Positions 23,935-35,891 of a DNA stretch of 64,000 bases are shown in pieces. The stretch is from NCBI GenBank assembly GCA_964016885.1, contig OZ024742.1:137206001-137270000 (forward strand). Direction: 5' to 3'. Under the pieces are notes generated by a model that saw only the letters and a list, made by a program, of their open reading frames with translations, was not told the origin of the DNA and did no database searches. A program made the translations under genes and the position numbers. Source of the DNA: Eledone cirrhosa. Taxonomy: Eukaryota. Each line of letters starts with the position of its first letter. Position 1 is the first letter of the stretch.

Positions 23935-26100
23935 GAAGGGAGCCCCCTGAGATTGCTTGGCTCTTGCACGGATGTCTTTGGCTGTTTTTCGCGACAATGC
24001 CCTCGCCATATTGTCCGTGAGGCGCAGCAGAAGCACCGTTCAGACTGGGGTGCATTTTATGTCCCTCTCGCTCTACTTTTCTTTCGTTGATTGATTCTTT
24101 TTTTCATTTTCTTCTTTTCCTTCCCTTTAATAGAGTGTTTTCTTAATAAACGTTTTTTTTTTACTATAGAATAACTTTATAATAAAAAAACCCCACTACT
24201 TATACAGTCGGGTATAATCTGATTAAATTAACTAACAGTAAATTTTAGTCACACATATAGGTTACCTAATCTATTCTCATAAACATCCTATTGTTGAACA
24301 CCAACCACTTTACAATGATTTATATTTACATATTTATTCTTCTATACACGAGGTTTTCAGTCGTGGTGGAGTCTATAATTCATTGATGAATTTATAATAC
24401 GGCGGTTACGATGTTGTCCTCCCCACACTTTCCAAATCATTGAACATATTAATACTCATTTGCAAATAATTATTTTCCTTCCCGTATAATTATTTCTAGA
24501 TCAGGTTTAAATATGTCCTGCGTCGAATATTCTAACACGAACTTAACATTTTATTTTCGTTTACGAAGATGCTGTCTTTAAATGGCATATTAATTAATTA
24601 TTTAATTCGATTTAGCATACTCTGCTAAGAACCGACTGAACTACCACATTGTATTTTAAAATATTTTACGTTTTGATGTAGTTCGATTTGGCATCTTTCG
24701 TTTTCAATGATTAGAAAGGATAGGTTTTAACATAAGACATCAAAGTAGATTTAATAAAATTCTTCAGAGAAATAAAATGAATATTATTTCCATGAATACC
24801 ATTTCAAAGCGAGTGACTTTACTAATACAACAGTGCGACAAGTATAACAGCAGAGTCAGTGAGGTCATTTTAGTTCTAAAATTTGTTCGTGGCTTTTTTT
24901 AAAGATATGAACAATTTATAATATCATTTCGCTTCATATAAAACACCGAGAATACTCTTTTGAGACCACAAATAATCAGTTTCGTTTCCGGCGGTGTTTA
25001 TTTCATTATAACTTTACCGATATCAAAAGAGTGTGCACCGTCACAAAACACAGCACATCATACAACATGCTTTTACTATCATCAACATTTTGCTTTAAAA
25101 TAAAGATAGCTTTTACAGCAGCAAGGCTAGTAATGTCCTGCTTCAGATTTAATCAAATATTTTCTCTCTGCCGTGGACATGAAAGGAATTTAGAAATCAG
25201 TGGTGTGCACCATACAGTCAGAGATGAGCAAGTGAAAACCGCATTTCAGTCACATTATTGTTGAAACGTTGTCTTAAATTTTGAACAGAATGAAATCCTT
25301 TTATAGTGCACAATATCACAATCAGTGTTCTTTACTACAATAGACTGTTTTATGCCTTCAACATTAATACATGTATAGATAGATTAAACACACATACACA
25401 CATAAGTATATGTATGCGTGCTTGCACGTGTGTGTGTATTTGTGTGTGAGTGTGTGAGCATGTGTGCATATTTCCATTGCTAATTGACATTAGATTAAAC
25501 ACAATAGGTATTCATATAGCGCCTGGTGAGGGTAGAAACTAATAGTTATTGTCGCGCCTAAAAAGAGCTTACAGATGGACTCCGACTTCATCAATTTTTC
25601 AATATTAATGAAGATAAAAGTACGTGCTGTATTTGTTTATGTTTTACGTATAGTAATTTAATACAGTAGTCTAGAAACCTTCCGGAATTTCTGAAGTTCC
25701 ATGGCCTAAGGAAGTTTTTATTTTACATCTGAGATATTTTACATGTATATGTATAAATATTTCATGAGTAGTTGAATGAGTTTTCCTTTCAATGAGGACG
25801 TTTTCAATCCAGTTTCACTACTCAGCAGTTTGGGCAGATTTCTACTAAGTCATTTGAATGAAACTGGTAGCATGTAACTGCACCGAGTTGAATGTATTTG
25901 TAAATTAGACATAGAGATTTGTAGCTCAATGCGACTCTGTGTATTTCTTGATTAGGTTGGAAGCCTGATCGGATTTAGATGTCACGATATCACATACAGA
26001 AAGGTTGAGAGAGGGGAGGGTGAGAGGGAGCGAGTAAAAGAGAAAAATGATGGAATTAAAATAAAGAGCCGTATACATACTGAACCACGTGGTAGGCAAA

Positions 26101-26685
26101 CAATTATTTCTACATTTGGCACAAGGCCAGCAATTACTGGTGCATTACTGGTGCTTCATTTTATCGACCCCGTAAGGGTGAAAGGAAAAGTTAACCTCGG
26201 CGGAATTTGAACTCAGACCGTAAAGGGCTGTAACTATATGCTGCAACTCATGGCGCCCAACCCTCTACCGATACTGCCAATCCACCAGGCAAATAATTGT
26301 TTCTGCTTTTGGCACAAGGCCAGCAATTAACCAGTGCATTACTGGTACTTTATTTTATCGATCCCGTAAGGATGAAAAGTAAAGTTAACCTAGGCAGGAT
26401 TTGAACTCAGACTTTAAAGGGAGGTAACTATGCTGGAAAGCATGACGTCCTACTCTCTATCGATACTGACAGGAAAATAATGATTTCTTGTAAAGACACA
26501 AGGCCAGTAAATTGTGGGGAGGGGAAAGTCGTTAAAATCGATCCCAGTACGTTACCGGTGCTTTATTTTATCGACCCCGTAAGGATGAGAAGCAAAGTTA
26601 ACCTCGGCGGGATTTGAACTCAGACATTAAAGGGAGGTAACTATGCTGGAAAGCATGACGTCCGACTCTCTACCGATATTGACAG
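26101..26685 (-). mobile_element. Three head-to-tail SINE family A copies
   Basis: Copies at ~26101-26287, 26292-26470 and 26477-26683; the third carries the longer GGGGAGGGGAAAGTCG subfamily insert. Confidence 0.88.
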
Positions 26686-27139
26686 GCAAAGAGAGGACAA
26701 AAGCTAGAGAGAGCACGTGTACACAAACTCACACGTTAAGTAATTGTGGTTTCCTGAGATCATGCACAATATTACTATCTTTTCATCGTTATAGGAAAAC
26801 ATACATGAAAACCATCATTTAATTCTAAAATGTTTTCCCTTCCTTGTTCTCAAACGTCTGTTACCTTTTCATCATTTGTGCAATCTCCGGGTTAATAAGT
26901 CAATTTGACATGTTTAGATGTGTATATACTTGATCTGATTATATACAAACTTATATATTTTAGAGCAAAGGGAATTGCATATTGTCATATTCATGATTTC
27001 TCCAATGGTTTGAAAACAAAATACGAACAAACGAATTTAATAATAGATCACTTGTTAGGTTAGCTGAAAATGCTCGCCGCTTCTTTCATACTACCCCATA
27101 ATTCCCCCCCCCCCTCTCTCTCTCTCTTACTCTCTTTCC

Positions 27140-27170
<31 letters not shown>

Positions 27171-27179
27171 AATACATAC

Positions 27180-27220
<41 letters not shown>

Positions 27221-27259
27221 CATACATATACATATATATATATATACATATATATATAC

Positions 27260-27291
<32 letters not shown>

Positions 27292-27292
27292 C

Positions 27293-27324
<32 letters not shown>

Positions 27325-27713
27325 CTGTATATATGCATATATATATATATATATATAGGTGTGTATGAATGGGTGATAGTCTGTGTATATATGAGTGCAA
27401 GCTAGCGATGCACTCTAAATTATATTGAAATTTTGCTGGCACATCGTATTTACACCTGAAACAAAAATATCTTTAAATTATTCAATATTATTCGCTTACG
27501 CACAGCCCTCTACAAATGCCAACTACTAATACAGGCTAAATAAATGGTCAAACTTCTTCAAATGTTCCTCTGGCAAGTAGTTCCGACTAAACTACTGCGA
27601 TATTTTACACTTGGTAGATTCTCGCCTAGTGCTCGTTGGTCGTTTGCAGGTATGCATATATATATATACACATATATATATACATATATATATAGATAGA
27701 TAGATATATGTAC

Positions 27714-27895
<182 letters not shown>

Positions 27896-27913
27896 ATATT
27901 TATATATATATGT

Positions 27914-27986
<73 letters not shown>

Positions 27987-29139
27987 CGTGTGTGTATGTG
28001 TGTGAGTGTATTGGTTATTGGCAATTCGTTTATGTTTATGGAAGACGCAATAAAATTTTCTGGATTTTTCTTCCATAGCAACAACGAGATTGCATTATTA
28101 CTTTCCACATGAACGAGATTAATTACAGAACGGGAAGTAATGTGAGAGTTTATTATTAATCGGAGAAAAAGAAAGCGCTGGAGTGGCAGAAATGTGAGAG
28201 TCTCCATTTAAATGACTTGCGATATTTTGTTACGCCCGTCTGCGCTTCTTAGTTCAAATCCCACCGCTGTGTCGAACTAGTTTGACTTTAGTTCCTTCTT
28301 GGTCGATAAATTAATATAAATTTGGTCGTTTCAGACAACTGTGTATTGTGTTTCATAGCAATATATGTGTGTGTGTTGGTGCAATTGTATGTGATTGAGT
28401 TTGTGTGCGTGTAGCTGCATGGAAGAACAAAATGTGTTAGAAATATGAAAACCTTACAGCACCGGACCTTACCCCAGTTTCATTTTCCTTACGTTCTAGA
28501 TTTAAATCCCACCTGGGATAATCGTCTTTACTTTTTATTTCTCTTGGTGGTTAAAAAAGTAATTGCAAATAATGCCCATGCGTCGCTTCATTCGATTATA
28601 TACCTACTAAACAAATGTCTGACATTGTATATCAGAACATGTTATTTTCTTTATCAATTTTATGTAAAATGAAAAATAAATGAATTACCTTCAACTGGGA
28701 ATTGAAATCAGATTAAGTACTTGACTCGTCAGCATCTTGATTACATCTTGCTGTGAAGCATTCGTTTAGTATATTAGCTTATTTTCAAAGGGGCAAATGG
28801 CCTATATTTTCTGGACGCAAAGGAATGAAAAGTGCGATCTTGACGCCTTATGATAGGTCATTAGGGTTAAGAAATGGTGTTTGTGCTAAATTGATCCCGA
28901 TGGGAATTCAAATAACAATGTGTTATCGACTACAAATGACTTACATCTATGTCTAGGAAACTCTGCAACAGGTTGAAAATGATTATATATTTCTTAACAT
29001 TTGAAAGTTATCTTTATAGGAGTTTAATCATTTTCTCCTCCACTATGTGATTGTCAGTAACTGCTCCTATTCTCTGGGTGATATTAAACACATTGGGGTT
29101 GGAGTCTGGAGGCTTCACTGTATCTGCCAATATATCACA

Positions 29140-29345
29140 CAATAATTTTCCAAGCACACAGTATAGTTAAAGAGAAAGAGGTTGCCGTCGATAGAATCGA
29201 TTAGTCAGTGTATACAGGTATATATTTTATCAACATTAGATGAGCGAAAGACAAAGCTGATCTCAACAAATTTGAAATTAAAATGTATCTAAATATAATA
29301 AAGCATTTAGTCTGGCACTGCAAAATTTTGCAATTCCACTATCCT
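29140..29345 (-). mobile_element. Old degraded SINE family A-like copy
   Basis: GTCGATAGAATCGA...ATTTTATCAAC...GAAAGACAAAGCTGATCTCAACAAATTTGAA aligns loosely to family A. Confidence 0.45.
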
Positions 29346-31082
29346 TCATTTGGAAAATAATTACTGATTATTGAAAAGATTTTAGGATATTGGATCATTG
29401 TTTAGAAAGTACCTACAACATTATTGAAAGTTATGATACTAAATATGCGTGAAAGTAGAAAAAGCAAATCCTCTTGTTGTTTATCACTGATGTGATGCTG
29501 GTCAAACAGTTCATGTCGTCATTTATTCAAATATTTTATGGATGACTTTATTTTTCCATGTGCAGTTTCTAAAATCGGTAAGATATGAATTTAGGAAGAA
29601 ATCGATATTTATATTAAGCCTGTATGTACATAATAATTGCTTTGCAAAGCTCTGATTCTAGATTTGATATCACGTTCGGCTCCTTGAATACATTGTAGTC
29701 TCTTAGACCTGCATCAAACAAAGTCCTTCAAAATAAACCCAGATAGACATACAATTTGTAGTAAACCATCGATTTAATAGTATATGCTATAGGTCGCTAG
29801 GCTTAATGCAGCAATTAATTTAATAAGACAATGCTGCCTTTTAGCAACTTTAGTGCAGTCCACAGATGTGCAAGGTTTCAGAGTATTTTTCCTCTCTGTG
29901 TAAATTTATTTACTCCATTCTTCAACCAGATATGAAAACCCTATGATAAATAATAGATTTTGCTCATATTTAATTTACTATCAAGCTGGGGGAAAAAATG
30001 CCCAGCAACTTTGTTAAGATTCTGACTTACGCCGATAATATTTGTTCATGGAGCTCATACATTTTGCTCGTTCATATATATTTCAGAGCTCTTGTTATGT
30101 CTCTAAAACCATGTCGTGCCAATTCACTGTCAGGAATATCTCCCACATCCTCTGAATAATGTACACGAGATCGTTTAGTACTCTATATTGAGGGAGAACT
30201 TACTTTGAAAGGTTTTATTCTATATTTGTGTAAGATTGCATGCATTAGAAAACTGATTAATTTAGAAACGTAACAGATCATTACTTGTTGAAGCAAGTTA
30301 CATTTTCGAAGAAGTTGGGAAAATAATAGACAACGGAATATACAACAGAGGATAGTGATATAAAATGTTAAATATACAAATATGTTTTGGAATGATTTGG
30401 TTTAAAGACAGATATACCTCTTATTAGTAGAAAGCATGCTTTCGAATTTGTGGTCGTTGCATGACAATGATACCTATTTATATTTATTTGTTTTCATTGA
30501 TAACATAGACTTCTGACTCTTGGTAAAAAAAATACGATGAATGTGTCAACAAGAGAACTAATGTTACTAATAGAAATAAAACAAAAAACACAACAGCAAA
30601 TAAAGAAACGTTTCTTTTATTATGCGCTTTGAAATAATAAAAACGAGAAGCACAAACATAAAATACCCTTGAAAAAAAAATATTCAGCCTTATGCATTGA
30701 AATGTATCTTCGAAGTAGGAAAATTTATCAAACTGTTTATTGTGACTTATTGAATACGGGCATGCTTTCTGGGTGGGCTATATGATGTATATGGTGGTGC
30801 CTTAGTGCTTCTAGAAGAACAATGCCAGTGTATCTATTAACCAGTATCATTTGAACAAGAAATACACACTAAAATATCACACAGTAAAAGAAACTTAATA
30901 AAATTGTTTTAGCTAAAATATATTCATTACATTTCAACAACTTAAAACTAAGATTTAAATGAGTCAAAAGAGATAAGAAAACATAACGGAGGGTTTGACT
31001 AACATTCTAGGCTATGACGTAGATGGGAAATAAAATAAGTGTTACCCAAGTTGACAATATATGATAGAATGTGCCACTACCA

Positions 31083-31611
31083 TAATTGTTTCTACTTTAG
31101 GCACAAGGGCAGCAATTACTGGTACTTTATTTTATAGACCCCGTAAGGATGAAAGGCAAAGTTGACCTCGGCGGGATTTGAACTCAGAATGGAAAGGGCC
31201 GTAACTCTATGCGTCAAAGCATGACGTCCGACCCTCTACCGATACGGCCAATCCAATGCCTCTACCATAATAATTGTTTCTACTTTTGGCACAAGGCCAG
31301 CAATTACCCAGTGCATTACTGGTACTTTATTTTATCGACCCCGTAAGGATGAAAGGCAAAGTTAACCCCGGCGGGATTTGAACTCAGAATGGCAATGGTT
31401 TCTAATATAGGCACACGGCCATTAATTTTTTGGGGAGGGGAAAGTCGATTAAATCGGCCCCAGTGTGTGAGTGGTACTTTATTTTATCGACGCCGTGGGG
31501 ATGAAAGGCAAAGTTAACCTCGGCGGGATTTCAACTCGGATCATAAAGGGCCGTAACTCTATGCTGCAAAGCATGGTATTCGATTCTCTACCGATACTGC
31601 CAATCCACCGC
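31083..31611 (-). mobile_element. Three stacked SINE family A copies
   Basis: Copies ~31083-31260, 31268-31390 and 31396-31611; flank TGTGCCACTACCATAAT repeated at 31070 and 31615, with a variant at 31257. Confidence 0.88.
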
Positions 31612-31776
31612 CCTTGTGCCACTACCATAATAATGATGGCGGTTCATTCTGTCGCCATGAATATTAAAAGAAGTGAAGTTATTAATGTATTACCGTGCGG
31701 GATCTACATGTCTGTTGGTTCTATCGCAGCTGTTAAAAAACAATGCCAAAAGAGTGTAAAATTATTATTATTATTA

Positions 31777-32224
31777 CAGGCCCATAACTATGCTCAACAC
31801 AGAGTTTAAAGTGTTGGCCAAGGTGTTAGCAAAGAGATTGGCGCTTGTCGTCGAGGATTTGGTTGGGGAGACGCAAACTTGTGCAATCCCAGCCAGGTCC
31901 ATACACGACAATCTCCTCCTCATGCGATACATCATAGAGAGGGTAGGGTGTAAACTTGGCTTCGGTGAGGCAATGATCAATCAAAAGCATTCAATAGGGT
32001 CGACCATCGGTATCTGGAGTTTGTCCTCAAAGCAGCTGGCTTCGGCCCTGTTTTCAGAAGCTGGATCGCTACAATGCACAGCTGCACAGGCTCGGTGATC
32101 AAGGTTTATGGCCACCTCTCGGAACCATTTCAGCTCTCCCTATCGGTCCGTCTAGGGTGCCCTCTCTCTTCCCTTCTGTACGTATTGACTCTTGAGCCTT
32201 TACTGCGGAAGCTAATAAATGAAA
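31777..32224 (+). mobile_element. Tx1 RT fragment after (ATT)n, internally deleted
   Basis: RPITMLNTEFKVLAKVLAKRL...SIHDNLLLMRYI; ends GCTAATAAATGAAA like the 3' end of copy 4. Confidence 0.85.
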
Positions 32225-32228
32225 AAAG

Positions 32229-32610
32229 GGCGGTGGATTGGCAGTATCGGTAGAGAGTTGGACGCCATGCTTTCCAGCATAGTTACGTCCCTTTACGATC
32301 TGTGTTCAAATCCCGCCGAGGGTGACTTTGCCTATCATCCTTACGGGGTCGATAAAATAAAGTACCAGTAATACACTGGGTAATTTCTGGCCTTGTCCCT
32401 AAAGTAGAAACAATTATATTATTATTATTATAAAGGCGTTGGATTGGCGGTATCAGTAGCGGGTTGGACACCATACTTTCGCGCAAAGAGTTACGTCCCT
32501 TTAAGATCTGAGTTCAAATCCCGCCGAGGTTAACTTTGCCTTTCAGCCTTACGGGATCGATAAAATAAGGTACCAGTAATGAGCCAAAAATAGAAACAAT
32601 TATAATTATT
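32229..32610 (+). mobile_element. Two tandem SINE family A copies with ATT tails
   Basis: GGCGGTGGATTGGCAGTATCGG at 32229 and GGCGTTGGATTGGCGGTATC at 32435; tails ACAATTAT(T). Confidence 0.9.
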
Positions 32611-32625
32611 ATTATTATTATTATT

Positions 32626-35600
32626 GTTCTTTGAGTCTCAGTCATTGATGTTATTTAACTAGATAGTTTGTTGAAATGAATATCAAGCCACTACCTGCAG
32701 CCTCAGATATTCAGGACGTATCGGAGGGTTCTTGCTGTTCCTAGCAAGTATGCCTTTTTAAGTGTTCCAAAAAGCGGGGCTAATTTTCTTTAACCATCCC
32801 TGGAAACTCTTTGAGATAGTACCTAGTGCGCCTATGACAATCGCGACCACGTTGACTTCATGGCAGTTCGAAATCCTTTTTACCTCCCACTTTAAGTCCT
32901 GGTATCGATTAATTTTCTCCCTCTCCTTCTCTTGCACTCTGGTGTCGAATGGGCAGGCCACATCCACAATCAGGCACGATCTTTTTTCCTTCTCCAAAAC
33001 CACCAGGTCAGGTCTATTGTGTTCCAGTTTCTTGTCCGTCTGTATCCTAAAATCCCACAGCACCTTCACCTAATCGTTTTCTATCACCGACTCTGGCTTA
33101 TGCTCATACCACTTCTCAGAATGTGGTAAATTGTTAACTTTGCATAGGTGTTTACACTCGGAATCAATGTGAGCCACAGTCTCCTCTCTCTCTCCACATA
33201 TCTTGCACTGCACAGTGGGCTAGCCTCCTCCTTGTAAATATGGTGTTCAGCCACTTCGTTTTGAGGGCCTGCTCTGGCGCAGCCATTAGCATTCCTTCTG
33301 TAGCCTTTTTAAGGTCTCCTCTTTCCAACCAGTTCCATGTCTGTGGATCTCTGAATTCAGTTTTCTCAAAGAAGGTACTATGAAGGGATTTTTCATGAAG
33401 GTTGCTCTTTCTCCTTGTTGTTATTTCCTCTTTGGACATCCTCTGGTCTATTGTCCTCTCCTTCAGTACAATTCTGAGCATTGGCTCCCTACTATCAGTC
33501 ACGTATTTGTGTAGGTTGTTTTTCTCCATCTGAACACAGTCCTCAATGCTGATAAGACCTCTTCCACCTTCAGATCTCCTTAAGTAGAGTCTATCGACAT
33601 CCTCCTCTTGTGGAACATGGTGTAGATACTCAATAGCCTCCTAGTCTTCCTATCCATTTCTTTTTGTTCAGCAACATTCCATCTCAGAATTCCCGCACTG
33701 TACATAATAATAGACACAACTCGGGAATTTACTGCACTTATGGCATTCCAACTGTTCAGATGTGATTTTAATACGCTCCTTACTCACCAAATGTATTCAG
33801 ATCTTATCAATTCCTTCATTTTTTTCTTCTTGATGTCATCAGCCTCCAGAACACCCAAATACTTGTATCCTTCTTCAGTGTCAATTTCATTTATAATCTC
33901 ACCTGTTGGTACCTGGATTCCGTTGCTTCTGCTCAATTTACCCCTCTTCATCACAAGGACTCCACACTTAATAATACCAAATTGCATACATATATCATTG
34001 CTGAAAATACGGATAGTGTCAAAAAGCATATCCAACTCCTTCTCACTCTTCCCGAAGAGCTTAAGATCGTCCATGAAGAGGAGGTGATTGATGGTAAGCT
34101 CTCCCTTTCTCAACTTATATCCTGCTCTCACTTTTCGCAGTATAATGGTCAGGGGCATCAGGGCAAGGACAAATAAAAAGATACGTCTCTTGATCTTCAC
34201 GCCTCCCAATGATTCTCCAGCTGATTTTAACTCTGTTTTCCAGGACTTCATAATTTTGCTCAACAACTGTCTGATGTTATCTGCCACCTTGAAGATCTCT
34301 AGGCTTTTGGTGATCAAAGAATGAGGCACCATGTCAAATGCCTTTTTTGTAGTCTATCCATCCCATGGCAAGACCAGTGTGTCTCCTCTTGCAATTCCTC
34401 ATTACCATCTTATCAATAAGTAACTGGTCATTTGTACCACGGGACTTCTTTCGGCCTCCTTTCTGTTCGTCCTGTAACAAGTTGTTTGTGTGGAAGTGAT
34501 GGTATATTTCCGCAGACACAATGCTTGTCAACAGTTCCCACATTACGGATAGACATGTGTTAGGTCTATAGTTGGTAACATCATTACCCTTTATTCGGTC
34601 TTTCATTACCAGAACTGTGGTACCTTTTGTCAACCACTCTGGTACCCCACCTGACATCAAGCATTCATTGAACATGGTTGTCAGTTTCGGGTGGAGGAAT
34701 GTTATATGTTTTATCCAATACCCCTGCACACCATCTGGGCCTGGTGATTTCTAGTTGGTTAGTCTTTTGGCCTGCCCCTTAAGAGTTTCAACTGTGATAC
34801 ACAAATCAGTTTGTTGGTGTGCCTGTTCACTAATCTCCTTTTGTACTATCTCAATCCACACTGCCTGGTCATTATGTTTAACATCCTGCTCCCATATTCC
34901 TCTCCAGAATGTCTTAGTCTGTTCCGTCCTAGGGATCAAGTCGTTGCCTCTTTCTTTCCCTTCAAGCTGTCCAAACAGTATCTTCTGCTTGTTGTCAAAT
35001 ATGCCGTTCTGTCTATACTGACTGACTCTGATCTCGTATCGCCTAAGTGTTGCACTCTTTGCTACAATGCATTGCTTCAGTTCCTCTATGATAATATTTA
35101 CCTTTTTCCTCCTAGTTTTGTACTTTATTTCCAGTCTATTTTTAGTGTCTATGTCTTTTAGTGTCCCATTCAGTAGGGACCCAAGCTTTCCAATGTCATT
35201 TCTCATTTCTCTGATTTGACCATTCAGTCGTTTCTTCCACCAAGGCTCTGATCTTTCTTGTTCGTTGTTTCCTCTCGATGTTATGCCAAGTAATTTCCTC
35301 ACCGCATTTGCTGTTGCTTTGAGGATATTGTTGCACTGGTGAAGGCTCCTCGCCTCAAGATATGGGATGACTTTGTTTACCTTAGCTGTTGTTTCTTTTA
35401 ACTTTTTCCTTTCTACAAATCTTAGGTTCATGGTTTTCCCACTATCATCGTTCAATTCATCTACCACTAAGTTTAGGATATCAACCAAATATTGTCCTAG
35501 CCCGCCAGCATTCATCTCCGCAATGGCCGAATCTTTGTTCGAGGTATTATTTATTTCAGCATTCAGATCACTGTCTGCTTCGGATAGTTCCTCCGTTCTC

Positions 35601-35890
35601 TCAACCTCTTAATTTCCCACTGGCTCGTTTGCCTGGCATACTCCACCCTCCATTTCCAACCTAATATCTCTGCTTAGTTCCTCCAGTTCCAGCTCGCTTA
35701 TCCACCCATTAGTTCTTATTACCCGAGCCTGCCTGACCAATTTTTGTTCATCTAATTTAAATAGACCAATCTTGTTCCAGATGTTATGCATCCGTTTCCT
35801 ATAGCCTCTTTCCTTGGGGTTACTCGTCGGGTAACGTTGCATAACAGCTCTATTCATTTCTTTCGTCCAGTTAGTTCTGGTCCCTTTCCT
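32626..35890 (-). mobile_element. R4/Dong-clade non-LTR retrotransposon (RT + CCHC + restriction-like endonuclease), degraded
   Basis: MNRAVMQ..SNPKERGYRKRM N-terminus, PWWKKRL, GYWIK, DQLLIDK, WIDYKK, HLLFMDDLKLF, YKYLGV, KVLWDFRIQTD...RPDLVV...IVDVACPFD...EKINRYQDL; 3' end runs into (TAA)n. Confidence 0.9.
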
Positions 35891-35891
35891 T

